From Octopus sinensis (taxonomy: Eukaryota), in the NCBI RefSeq assembly GCF_006345805.1, contig NC_043008.1:8308001-8372000 (forward strand): 64,000 bases of DNA. Direction: 5' to 3'. The number at the start of each line of letters is the position of its first letter. Position 1 is the first letter of the stretch. Made by a program: the position numbers and the translations under genes. The notes beneath the pieces were generated by a model. That model did not search any database, had not been told where the DNA came from, and saw nothing but the letters and a program-made list of their open reading frames with translations. This document shows positions 27,985 to 41,795 of this stretch, in pieces.

Positions 27985-30900
27985 CCCGCCTCATATCAAT
28001 GATGAAGTTAAATAGAAAGAAAAAGTTGAAGAGAAAATGAGAGATAAAAACAAACAATGAAATATCACAATATCACAGAGAACAATTAAGAAAGAAATAA
28101 TTAAAATAAAAAAAAGAATTAGAAATCACCAAACCCAATGGATTGAAAGGATATTTGCATTAAGGTATTTACGGCATGCCATTTATGAACTGCAAGCCGA
28201 TTTCAGGAAATTCTGGATGGCGGGGATGATCCACTGGAAAACAATATTAGTGTCGAAGGATATGTCGAAGTATCGTCAGGAGCTAAACAAGTATTGCCTA
28301 TAAAGTCGCTTGGTACGCACAGATTGCTGTCAAATCGTCTTCGGTTTTAATCTTGCGGGGATACTTGTCCGTCTCCTGAGATTACATACATAGTGTGATA
28401 TCGTAATATCAATTTCATATAACTTATTAAACTAGCCTAAAGTCAACAATATCGCACTGCCGTGTATACTAGTGTTTATTATTTATATTCATTTTAACTA
28501 ATAAAAACGTACAGTTGGTGACATCTACATGAAATATGCATTACCAAGTATAATATTCTTAACGTAATCAGCAACAACAATATCTTTAATTTAAATTACA
28601 CATGTGGCTGATATAATTTAATTAAAAATTAAATAGAAATAAACAAGTTTGTAATCGGTATAGCAAATTGCCCGACACTTATATACATACCTTCGTAACA
28701 TTACACCCACTGAACGGCGTACAAACTAAACAATATTAATAGCCTTCCCTTTGTTTTCGCTCATAAAATTAAGTACACAAGCTTCTAATTAGCATCTGAA
28801 TTATATAAAGAAGACATTCACTGATAATTCACGCTGGTTCTTTTTTACTTCTATTTATTCCCAATTCACTCTACAGTAGTAGAATGTACTGAGAATATCA
28901 AATATAAGAGACATTGTCTATAGTAGTGAACGGATTTTCTAAAGTCCGGGCTTACTCTGGGGTTCATAAACCTATTTGCTTAATTAACCAGACAATTAAA
29001 CAAAAGTGCCATTAAATCTACTGATTTTCCACCTCACTACGCTTGCAACTTCATTTAATCAAACATATTTTCTCTCACTTGTCGTAACGCAACGTAACTG
29101 CAAATTTAACTGAAGTACGGTTGTTATTTTTAATCCAGAACAAAAATTAAACATTTAGCTCGATTTAATGTGATTATATGAATGATACATGATACGTCTC
29201 TTATCGACTTTGTTGGCAACTGGCATATTACGCGACCAGAACAAGCACACATACACACACACACACAAACACAACACACACACACACACACACACACTCA
29301 CACACAGCCAGACACATATACATCCACATATAAGATATTGTGTGATCTATCAAAAATTAGCATGAATGAATAGTTGAAAGAGATACATTAACAAAAAAAT
29401 TAATATGGTTTTTCAAGTAAATTACTACGAATCCACTTCTGAAAATGTTGTTTCACTGCTGCGCTTAGCTTACTTTAATTATACTTATTTCTTTTTAATT
29501 GCTGAAATATTTGTCCTAAGGAAACCCTACCACTAATTCAGTTGATATACAATGACTCGATATGTTACCCTAGCTTTCATTAATTAAAACAATTTCTACT
29601 TCGTTGCTTATAATAATGATTCATGCAGTAATGACTTTTTCCGGCTTTACTTTAGTCGGGCATTTATATTTCATAATCATTACTACAGAAAAGATTTTCC
29701 ATCATGTGCACAACCTTTTAACATACATGATCTATAATGACGTAGAAAGATAATTGCTTAAAACATTCCTTTCCATAATTAATCACATTATGTAAAATAC
29801 CTACCATTTCATTAATGTATGCAAATATTATATTTTTGGTAGATAAGAGTAACTTAAATTAGATGCGTATATCTGGGAATAGCTAATCAATGACAAGATG
29901 TATATATTATTAAATTCCATATTTATAGTTATAATTTGTGTGTAAATATAATTAGAAATGAAGAATGAAGCAACTCTATGAAGTCGATTTCTTCGATGTA
30001 ATGAAATAATTTGGTTATTCTTTTATGAAAGAGAAAAAATATTCCACAATATAAAATCTGCTGGATAACAACAAAATGAATGGAAACATAAGTTCTGAAT
30101 TAATTCAAGGCAGGCTTTATTGTTACAGGAAGATTTTATATATGGCTTCATTGTAGAGGAGGAAGTTTGATCCATCCGTTCATGATAAGAATGTACCATT
30201 TAAACACACGAATTTTGTATTTATGTTGTACACAAATATTATGAATCAACAATAATGAAACTTACACAGCTAACTAAATTATTAGTATACTCTAAGCGGT
30301 AAACAATCTCACAAAAACCTTAGGAATACTGAATGAAACAACCACAGATTGAAACCAAAATGCTTTTAATGCTTAAAACATGTGCTTTCTCCAGGGACCA
30401 TCCAGGAAGTTGCCTAACGCCAAAGCTAAGGAAAATTGTCTATCACAGAGTAACTTATTTTATAGACCCAAATTTCGTTTACGACAAATATAATTGTATA
30501 TGAACGTGTAATAATTTTCAGAACTTCATAACCGAGAAGACGCACCTTAACCATGTTAACTAAAGGAATTAGCTGAGTAAATTACCATGTGTTTTCAATT
30601 AAATTCTTTTAGAAACTTTTAAGTAAGTTGCTTCGGTGCTAATTACAATTCTGTCAAGCTACATACTGGCAAATAATTTCTGCAACGTTTTCAACTAATG
30701 GATTATTTGCTATATAAAACCAGTGCGTGTTAAAGGATGGACAATCACTGACAGGTAGTCAGGTTATCTAACATGGTGCTACATCCAAACACTTTATATC
30801 CATAAACAATGTTGCATCTGCAGTGAACATCACGTTTATTCATATATACGTTCACCTACGTTTCAAATATTAATCTTTACATTAGGTCTGAACTAAAAGA

Positions 30901-33826
30901 ATTGCGTAAATATAAAACTTGATGTCACCAACTTCAATAGTTCCAACTTTCCATGTAGTTATTTCTCTTGGAATAGATAAAATATATATTTATAGATTCT
31001 TCTCTTTATATTTCATAGTCAATTCAAGCGTTTGTTTTGGATCCATTCTTCATGAATTGACTATAATCCCTAGAGATTTCAAATTTACATATACATACTT
31101 AAGAGCTCGGCGGGTGAAGTAAAAGATTATAAAAATTTATAGTTGCGAATTCAAATAAAATGTTACAGTAAAATGGCAATTATTTGGATCATTGAAATGC
31201 TGTTCTGTGAAAAGAACCAGATCCACCCAATGAAGGCAGAAGTCAGTGGTGAGTATAAACAGATTGTATAATTGTCTAACGAATCATTACGCAACATTTC
31301 CAGTTATCTTTAAACTCTCCCTATATGTTTTAATTAATGCCAGTTCTGATAAAGCGTATTATTCCTCAAAGCAGTGCAAATCTAGAAATAGCCGATATGT
31401 TCAGTAATCCTTAACGCAGAACATACTAATTAAATTGTGCATCATAATTGAGCAAAAAGGGATTTTTAAACAAATTGACTGTTATTACCAGGAGATCAGT
31501 TAACCACGTTGGGGACGTTTGTGTATTTCAAGTAAGAATAATTTATGTAGAAAGTCGCTGCTTTCAATACTGCCTGGAACTAATCTAAGAATGAATGTTT
31601 AACAAACTAATAATAACGGAAGGATTATGAAAGATATGGTTTAACACAAGTTTACGTCACCATCTATGCTTTCTTTTCTCATGAGAAACAGAGCCATGCC
31701 GATAATATATTGCACAGTAGTGTCTTTTGATGAATTGATATTAGTATTATCACTAATTAATACTAATACGTATTATTCAAACGCATTTTTCCATTTGTAG
31801 TATAACACTGATTTAAGTTCTAAAATTAATCTCTCACATGTACTCTTATGACTTATGCTTAAGTCATTCACCACTAATACACATCGACGACTGTCATCCA
31901 GATTAAGAAATCCGTCAATGCGACAATCAATTTCATTGTTCCTCCAAACAAATAATAGTAAAAGTTATTCCTTCTCCTGGGATTACAGCCACAAGGTGTC
32001 ATGATTCAACTGGTGTGCAATGTTACATATTCGACAGGAGTAATAATCGTCAAAGCAAAAATCAAATGTTACAACTATTGCTAATTATACATGGGGAATT
32101 GAGAACTTTTTTTCTATAACTTTTAACGGAAAAAGTATTTCTGCTGTAAATAATTCAGAAATATTTCCAATCTAATCGGTTTAATAATATACTTTTAAAC
32201 GATAATATACTAGAGAAAAGCGTTTTTTCTGAGCATTTTGATGAAGCACCCTGCGTCATTGGATCTAATGATATGTTACAGAACAGAAAATTGCTTTAAA
32301 GGAGTAATCTTTATTTCCAATACCTTATTTTAAATATTTGTAGATATACAATTTGTAATACTTTTATCAGGAACGGCAAACTTTACGATACACTTTCGTG
32401 ATTGAAATAGTAAAGTGTATTGTGCTTTGGTTACAAAGTAATTCTGAGTTTGAAAGACATTTGTTCCTGACAGAAATATTGTTTCTAGGGAAATAATTAG
32501 GACACCCACTGACTTAGTAACGAAAAAAGGTTCAGTGAATAGAATGTTCCTTGATATTTTGGCTTTCAAACAAATATTTCATTCACAAGTGGATTCAGTG
32601 TATCCATGATAGGGACATTCTTTGGAAAGAAGGCACGTAGTTCATTCTACATCTTGACAAATACAGTGTACAAAAACTTGAACAAGAGAATGAACACAAT
32701 TTTCAAATAAAATACACCATCGGACAAAATCATTTTGGTTAATATCCCTTAAAGATGGCTTTTTGCACAACAGAGTCAGCTTGAAGTTGACACGTTACTT
32801 TCTTATTTATTTACGGACTGTCATGCGACGTTTTTGTTTAATCAAATCTGCTTGTACTTTAAGAAATTATAACATATCATTTTAATAAGGCAAATTCCCA
32901 CGGGAGGACGTATAACTTAATTACTTATAGGTTTCAAAAATATAATTTTCATTTACTCAAAAATAATTTTTAGTAACTGGAAATAGTCTTAAGATTGAAA
33001 TAAAAACCTGTGACAAATGCAAAAATTACATTAGATACTTAAACATTGAATTACCAATATTTCGATATACAATACAGAAGGATTTATTTATATTTCATAT
33101 ATAAATGACAGAATTGAGAGACTCGTTCACCAAAAGCTTTAGCAAACCAAAACACGCTGGGAAGGCTAAGTCCTATAAATCTGTTATCATTATCTTCCAA
33201 TTAATATTTACATAAAACCCAAATATGTTACTCCAAGATTTAAAAAATTATACAAATTATGTCCCTCAGTAGTTTTGCATATATATGAGCATCTATTATT
33301 GTTGTGCTATTCCAGTTCAAAATTTTACAGTTACATACACAATGATTTGGTATTTCATTTTCAGTGATAGAAATCACCAGTAGTGACAGAACACAGTATT
33401 GGAAACGATTCGTATAGAAGGTCCGAATTCAGAAGGCAATCGAATTCTCTACATAACCATGACACATATTTATGATCATTTATATCAAATAAAATACACA
33501 CACACACACACACATATATACACACACACCCATGCACACATACACAAGTTGCGTACGACTACAGATTGCCATTACTAAACAAATCAAATTACCCACGAAA
33601 TAGTGAAACGTACTGTCCATAAACGAGGCCACTTAAAGCAATGTGCAATAGAGTGATCAAAGTTGTAGATGAAATAAGAAACGTGATGTCATCAATGGAA
33701 TACTCATATATATTTGTGTGTGTATCCATACATACATACATATATAAGTAGGTATGTATGTGTGCATACGCAGATATGTTCATGAAAATAAATAAATATA
33801 TATATATATTTAAGTACGTATGTACA

Positions 33827-33890
<64 letters not shown>

Positions 33891-34643
33891 TGTACGTATG
33901 TATGTATGCATGTGTATATATGTAGGTATGTATATATTCAAGTATACAGATCAAAGATTTCATATACATCGATGTGGAAATTTTCTTATTGCGTAGGATT
34001 CAGTCAAGTGTGAAAGAATCGGTGTAAATAGCTATGTCAAATTCAGGTTTGGCTAAATCAAGTCACTACATTCTTTGTATAAGAATAATGTTATTTTCTG
34101 TGTTTTAGAGTTTAAAAAAAAATTGCTTGTCGATGGAATATTTGGTAATCCAGTCAAGTCTGACTCAAGTGAAATTGGTTTTAGTATTATTTTATTTCTA
34201 TTAAAAAATTCCATACTGGAATGTTTTTTCGAAAGTGAGGATTGGAAATTCAGTCATTCTGTTTAATTTGTAAATATACCATTAATAATAAATGTATAAA
34301 TAATATATATAGCAATAAACTATATTAATTCAAAATTGTATACACTCCTGGTCTGTAAATATACTCGTACGTTCTCATTTTTTACTTATCTATATACACT
34401 TATAAGAAGGATGATCATATACTAACGGAAGGAAACAAGCTCGCAGAATCGTTTTTCAAGTTCCAAAGGAGCTTACACTCGTTTAATGGTCTAATACACA
34501 AACATCTACGTACAGATGTAAGTGTATGTCTTTGTGTATGTCTATCTATGGTTGTGGATACGTGCATAACATATATTTTCTGTACAGTTAGATGTATGAC
34601 TGCTGCTGAGTTTAGAGCTCCGTTCCCCTGATATTATGTTGTA

Positions 34644-35176
34644 TTAGGTCGTCAAGTATGAAATTTGTAGTAAAATATATGGAAAATTTGACAGCTGCTC
34701 AGTTTGCGCCTCTTATATATTTTGACAATCGTTATTTTTTGTTAGACAGCTGACACATCTATTTCTTTATTCTAACTCATTTTGCTCTTTATAAAATATT
34801 TATATATCGTTTTTGCTATTTTCGTTTAGAGATGGATGAGTCGGAAATTCGTATAGTTTTGAAATATGAGTTCTTTCTTGAAAATACAGGATCACGGACA
34901 TCTCGGAATATTACTGGAGTATTTCATTCTAATGTTATTACACAGCAGACAGTGTGAAATTGGTTTACAAAATTTCTTTCATGTAGAACCCACTTATCGA
35001 GCTTTTTCACTCTACCGATTTGAACTAGGTGCGTTAGTTTTGTTTGCTTGCAAACGCCAAACAACAACGATAAATCACGGATCCTTGGAAATGTATCTGA
35101 CTCGACGGTGGCTTTTAGTTCATCATTATCCACCTTTGTTTTTGGTTGATAGCATTGCTTATTTGTCAGGTCGAAG
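34644..35176. mobile_element. Mariner relic: left TIR, 5' UTR and transposase N-terminus on +, next segment inverted on -
   Basis: TA|TTAGGTCGTCAAGTATGAAATT at 34642-34665. ATG 34832 gives MDESEIRIVLKYEFFLENTGSRTSRNITGVFHSNVITQQTV*NWFTKF (+). 35176 to 34976 (-) gives FDLTNKQCYQPKTKVDNDELKATVESD...IGRVKKLDKWVLHE, which ends in the decayed WVPHEL motif. Confidence 0.9.
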
Positions 35177-35190
35177 TTATATGTTATATA

Positions 35191-35604
35191 GGCGCAGCAG
35201 TGGCTGTGTCGTAAGTGCTTGCTAACCAACCACATGGTTGCGGGTTCAGTCTCACTGCGTGGCATCTTGGGCAAGTGTCTTCTGCTATAGCCCCGGGCCG
35301 ACCAATGGCTTGTGAGTGGATTTGGTGGACGGAAACTGAAAGAAGCCTGTCGTATATGTGTATATATATATATATATTTGTATGTGTTTGTGTGTCTGTG
35401 TTTGTCCCCCTAGCATTGCTTGACAACCGATGCTGGTGTGTTTACGTCCCCGTCACCTAGCTTTTCGGCAAAAGAGACCGATAGAATAAGTACTGGGCTT
35501 ACAAAGAATAAATCGCGGGGTCGATTTGCTCGACTAAAGGTGGTGCTCCAGCAGGGCCACAGTCAAATGACTGAAACAAGTAAAAGAGTAAAGAGTAAAA
35601 GAGT
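35191..35604 (+). mobile_element. Full-length SINE family B copy
   Basis: tRNA-like head (tggctgtgtcgtaag...gggttcagtctc), internal (TA)/(TG) tract, (TAAAAGAG)n tail. Confidence 0.93.
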
Positions 35605-35987
35605 ATACGTATCGACAACCATAGAAATACATACACAAAGACATACATTTACGTCTGTACATAGGTGTTTGTGTATTAGACCATTCAACGGGAGTATGCT
35701 CCTTTTGGAACTTGAATAAAACTGTTTGCGTTGCAAAGGATTTCTATGTACGTGTTTGTATACATGTAAATGAATGTGTAGATTTATGTTAACCTATATT
35801 CATATCTATGTTAATCTATATTCATATCTATTTGTCTCAGTTTATATCTGTATATTCATATGTGTGTCTATATCAATAAATCACACAAATATATATACTC
35901 ATCCACTTTCTCATATTTTCTCTGTATGTTACGAAGTTAGATAAAAGTACAATGATATATGAATTGGTATGTCTCTTAATTAATAGT

Positions 35988-36019
<32 letters not shown>

Positions 36020-36675
36020 AAGTGAGAGAGAAAGAGCGAGTGAGAGAGAGAGAGAGATCTGTTGAACAGCAAATAATATCGAATGATATTTGGATGTAAT
36101 GCAAATCTAAGTATTGAAATGTCCAGCTATTGAAATAGTGACTGAGAAATAGAGGAACCGGAAAGATGAATGAATTAGAAAGCATATATGCAAATATATT
36201 ATAATAAGCGTAGGTAGGCCCTTAATAAATATTATTTTCTACCATTGGCGAAATGCCACCTCTTAGAATAATATTAGATATTTTATATATTTGATATAAA
36301 ATTACGTCGAAATTTTAGTAATATTGTCATGTTTCTATTATTGAAAGATGATAATGTGTGTAGGAACCCCCAAGCGCAAGACTGATAATATTTTGAATAT
36401 AATAAAATCATTCATTACATCTGAGTATTTGAAAACAGAAATAGATAATCTGAAGGAAGCTTATCTCAGCAGAATAACGTTGAATGCTATAGCAAAGCAT
36501 ACCTGTGTCTAAACATTTGTTACACACTAAAATACATTTATTGAAAAGCATTGTGTATTCGGAGGATGTTAAATTTGTATTTAAAATTGTAAATGTCGGA
36601 TACATACCTAAAAGTCTTTAGGCAATATTCATTCTGAAAACAGATTTTAGATTTTCTACCATATTTGGAATATAC

Positions 36676-36810
36676 TGGTATCAGAATTTGGCACAAAGCC
36701 AGCTATTTCGGGATTGGGGTAAGTCGTTTACATCGACCCCAGTGTTCAATTTGTACATATCTTCTCGACCCCGAAAAGGATAAAAAAGGTTAATTCGATT
36801 CCAGCGAAGG
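36676..36810 (-). mobile_element. SINE family A, 3' half
   Basis: Reverse complement of core and tail (catcgaccccagtg, gaatttggcacaaagccagc). Confidence 0.75.
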
Positions 36811-37569
36811 GAAGATGGACCATATACTCAGAAGGGAAAGAAAAAACATGTATTTGTAATGTATTAAGTCATAACGTATCTCATATGTTCAGCATGCAAA
36901 TAAGATAAACTTCGGAGACAAATATTAAAAGAGAATTAAGTTTGTATATAAGGGATAACTTGTATAAACCGAAAATTAGACAAAGATACGAGAATTGCTT
37001 TTAAAAATTAGGAGAGTAAAAAATAAGTAGGAGAGTTAAAAAAATGAAACTGCACATATAATGCATAACTTAGAAGAATCACTGTGAATGTGCCAACACA
37101 CGAGCTTGAGACATGGTCGCCCTCACGCACTTCTCATGAGGAATTCCGGAAGGGGCTTCGGGAGACCAATGCAGAGAAGCTTCCGAAAAAATAAAACAGA
37201 TTTTAGGAGTGACAAGAAAAATTATTAGCGATATCTGAGAAAGGAATTTTTGTATTCCGAAATATTATTATATCAGACTATGGATAATTAAATTATAACA
37301 GTTATTATAGTCCATTGTTGTTATTTTAGTGCTTTGTTGTGCCATTCAAGACACATTATATTTTAAAAACTAGTTTTAAGATAGAAATTATTATGCAACA
37401 TAATGACTGAATTTGCTGTCCTTGGTGCAATGCAAATATGAAGCAAACTTAGGTGTCATCTGATATGATAACTCTGACATATGGATGACATGCCGAAACT
37501 GACCACCACTTATTCGTGATACTGTGCATCGATAGTGATTTTATTATTGCACAAATTACGTTCAAGTGA

Positions 37570-37901
37570 AAAAGGGAATACAAAGGAGTGACAGAGGGAG
37601 AGAGAAGAAATGGAAAGAAAGGAAGTGACAGTAAAAGAGGGAATACAAAGGAGTGACAGAGAGAGAGAGGAGAAATGGAAAGAAAGGAAGAGACGTCAAC
37701 AAGAAACTATGACATTACAACCAGCCAGGAACAGTCTTCGCTACATTTGCGGTACCTGCCAGAGGGGGTGTTTGTCCAGGATAGGACTACACAGCCACAG
37801 CAGGAAATGTATCAGGACGTGAAATAAAAAAGCCGGACTAGACTACTTCATGCGCAACTCCATTGTCTCCCGAGACAGAAAGGATGCCAACCAACCAACC
37901 A
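37570..37901 (+). mobile_element. 5'-truncated RTE-clade LINE 3' end with 12-bp TSD
   Basis: C-terminal YICGTCQRGCLSRIGLHSHSRKC zinc-finger-like motif, terminal hairpin TGTCTC-CC-GAGACA, (CCAA)n tail, TSD ACGTTCAAGTGA at 37558-37569 and 37902-37913. Confidence 0.9.
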
Positions 37902-39442
37902 ACGTTCAAGTGACCTCTAGAAGATTTCATTTAAGACATTGTGAAAGAAAACCCAAATCCCAAATCTCTGAATTAATTCATTACCTTACTATCATTATGA
38001 GTAGGGTCAATGTAATTTGTGAAGGAATAAGGAGACAGTATATATGAGAATAGTTCTCTCCAGTTATATGTTAAGTTGAAGTATAATATTATACATACCA
38101 TGTCCACTTTATACATACATGCATAGTTACATACATGTCTGTGTATGTGTGTATGTGTATATGTGTGTGTGCGTATCAGTACGTACTCCGAAAGATAATT
38201 ACCCAAGGAAAGTGAGTATATATAAATCGAAGGATTAATCAAAGTTATTTTCTAAAATATCTCACCTGCAGCGTAGTCATGATTCTAAAATTCTGCCAAT
38301 CTCAAATGGGTTTAATTTAAAGAATATAATTTCTTGATTTCACCTGTAAGAAGTGTTCCAGGATATCCTTAACTTAGTCACGAGGACGAATCAAATTATG
38401 AATAATCTCAAAGACACAAATATCACCATACCAATATCTTTATTTTATAAAACAACATTCGTGTCTTTTCAAATACAATCCAACAATTCGAACATTGTTT
38501 GAGCTCCGTTGTCAATCAAGAATAACTCACACCTCTAGTGAGGGAACCGATAGGTATTGTTTCGATTGTGGTTGTAGTCGGGAATTATTCTAATCCTATG
38601 AAATTCACAATTTTCACTTAGTTCCCCATATCCATACAGTTGACGCCATTCAATTACTGCTATTAGATACGAATTGTCTACAAACCAAAGAAACATTTAT
38701 TTCTAAGACAGTTATGAATGAGGAAAAAATATAACAAAAAGAAAATAACATCTTCAGAACCCCTCCATTGTTAAAACGTATGTGCACATTATTCATAATT
38801 TCTACTAATTATCTTCATTCATGAGTTACAGAGTAATGTTAACCGCTTCAGACAACTAAAACTGCTAAATGATAGAAATATACTTTGCATTATAAGAGAA
38901 GAGATTACCCTCAAAATTGACTTTTAGCCAGACATACTGGCTGCAGAATATCTCTCTCCCATATGGATCAATGCAACCAGAAATATGTAGCTAATGCCAT
39001 TTAGTTCATTGCGTTTCATATCATATTTCGCTAAACATATCACTTTCATAACACTATTCTCACACTTTCAGCTATTTTCCTCTATTATGTGATATATGTT
39101 GTCTCTTAAATTTGTGTCTTTCTTATTTTCCAGATCGAAAATATTTAAGTAGCATAATGTGATCTCATATGATGTTTTCTATATATTTACAAAACACAAC
39201 GTCAAAGGAAGTTCTTCTCTAGAGTGGCTAGGGCTACATTCATATTGATCAGAACAATAAACCTAATCGTAGCAGCTTCCATATTGCTTGAGTGAGCAAA
39301 CATTTATTATGTAACATGTTCTTGATTAGGAATCACATCAACCAACCAACAATATATATATATATATATGTATATGTATGTATGTATATATGTATGCATG
39401 TATGTATGTATATACATTATATATATATATATACATACATAG

Positions 39443-39481
<39 letters not shown>

Positions 39482-39540
39482 ATATATATATTATATATAT
39501 ATAGATATATATAGACACATAAATATATATATGTGACCTC

Positions 39541-39735
39541 GTGTGTACCGTTGGCGATTTTTTTCCTCTATCTTCCCTTCTCTGGATCTTTCTTCTTCTA
39601 TGTTTCCGAGGAAGAGCTCCACTCGAAACGTTAAACCCTCCTTCTTTCCTTTTTTTCCTGAGCTTCCAATAATACTATATTTGCTCCACGTCCTCGCGTT
39701 GTGTTTTTTTGTTTTGTTTTTTGTTTGGATTAACT
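39541..39735 (+). mobile_element. Short PLE-pseudo-LTR-like repeat with variant hammerhead-like motif (39602-39636)
   Basis: Related to 19228-19393; lies between AT-dinucleotide tracts. Confidence 0.5.
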
Positions 39736-39742
39736 ATATATA

Positions 39743-39776
<34 letters not shown>

Positions 39777-40139
39777 ATGTAGAATATAAATAGACGTGTG
39801 TATACATTATATATATATATATATAGATATATATATATATATATATATATAATGTATATTATATATATAATATTGTATTTATAAAAAATATGTAATTCGT
39901 ATTAATTACATTAATTGGCTACATGATAAAATATTATTTAGACTTTGTCCTTAAATTTAATTGAATAATATTAAACTGTCATATATTCAGTGCCCAAATA
40001 TGTTAGATATACACAGGTGCCTGAAACGAATAAGATTTTTTCACATATATATAAGCGTGAACATTTGTATATGCTCTGTGGATAGGTTGTGTTCGTATGA
40101 ATATGTATAAATGTTTATATTTATGTATTTCTGGTTATA

Positions 40140-40199
40140 TCATACTGACGAAATCAGAGATAATTACAACGCTGACCTTGAAATCGTTTCGATATATTA
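40140..40199 (+). ncRNA. Decayed type I hammerhead-like fold
   Basis: Core CTGACGA 40145-51; stem II AA-TCAG/CTGA-(CC)-TT; GAAA 40180-83; stem III ATCG-TTT-CGAT; H17=A 40194; stem I only ATA/TAT. Confidence 0.5.
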
Positions 40200-40353
40200 C
40201 TGAACTTTTTCAAAAACTTCTTTCTTTGTTCTTTCCCTCGATTTCATCGTGTGTGTACATTTTATAAACCAGCTTAAGGCCTTTGGCGTCTATTTCCGGC
40301 GTGTGACTTTACTTCTCGTAACTGCCCTTAATATAATATTGTAGTTATAACAT

Positions 40354-40764
40354 CTCTTTACTCTTTTACTATTTTACTTGTACCAGTCATTTGACTGCGG
40401 CCATGCTGGAGCACCACGTTTAGTCGAGCAAATCGACCCCAGGACTTATTCTTTGTAAGTTCAGTACTTATTCTATCGGTCTCTTTTGCTAAGTGACGGG
40501 GATGTAAACACACCAGCATCGGTTGTCAAGCAATGCTAGGGGGACAAACACAGACACACAAACATATACACACACACTTATATATATATATACATATATA
40601 CGACTGGCTTCCTTCAGTTTCTGTCTACCAAATCCACTCACAAGGCATTGGTCGGCCCGGGGCTATAGCAGAAGACACTTGCCCAATATGCCACGCAGTG
40701 GGACTGAACCCGGAACCATGTGGTTGGTTAGCAAGCTACTTACCACACAGCCACTCCTGCGCCT
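40354..40764 (-). mobile_element. Full-length SINE family B copy
   Basis: Collinear with 35191-35604. Confidence 0.93.
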
Positions 40765-40920
40765 TGTATTAATTTTTTTACCTTAATTGGTTTTACACGC
40801 AGGCCACTTGATAAAATCTTATGTAGATTTTATTCTTAAATTTAATTTATATTTATATACGATTAGTACTTATATTTTTATGTGCACACACTACGGTAAA
40901 ATTAGGATACAAAACACAAT

Positions 40921-41221
40921 AAGTCCAGTACTTATTCTATCGGTTTCTTTTGCCGAACCGCTAAGTGACGGGGACGTAAACACGCCAGCATCGGTTGTCA
41001 AGCAATGCTAGAGGGACAGACACACAAACACACACACATACAAATACACATATATACGACAGGCTTCTTTCAGTTTCCGTCTACCAAATCCACTCACAAG
41101 GCATTGGTCGGCCCGGGGCTATAGCAGAAAACACTTGCCCAAGATGCCACGCAGTGGGACTGAAGCCGGAACCATGTGGTTGGTAAGCAAGCTACTTACC
41201 ACACAGCCACTCCTGCGCCTA
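40921..41221 (-). mobile_element. SINE family B copy lacking the tail, tandem with 40354-40764
   Basis: Same subfamily marks (ggcattggtcggcccggggctatagcagaa). Confidence 0.92.
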
Positions 41222-41519
41222 CATACATACCTCCTGCGTAGGTTCCTGAAATTCTAGAGATTCGATTGGAATTAATGCTACGATTTAGTGACAGCGCCAG
41301 CAAAAACGAGTACAAGGATTTCATAATGCATTGTAGTTATATAAATGGTCTAGTGTATGTGAGTCTTCTTATACATCGGAATTTTATTCTTAATACATGT
41401 TTTTATAGTGAGACAACATAAACGGAAACAAATAGCAGAGTAAATAACCATCTTACGATTTTCTGCTATTCGTTATAGAAAGGAGGGACTTTACATACTC
41501 CGCCACACCCAGAAGACAC

Positions 41520-41740
41520 GCACATGCTCTCTCTTTCTCTCTCGCACACTCTCTGTCATACAAACACACACACAACACACACATACATACACATACAGAT
41601 ACATTCTCACACACACATGCACATACACGCAGTCGCATGCACATACACGTACATATTTACATACACACATACACACGCACATGCATTCACACGCACACAT
41701 ATGTATATATGCATATGTATGTATATATATATATATATAT

Positions 41741-41795
<55 letters not shown>

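Noticed and set aside
30394-33415. Splice-like sites near 30394, 31169-31248 and 33379
   Set aside because: Such motifs are common in AT-rich DNA; the frames do not join into a recognisable protein.
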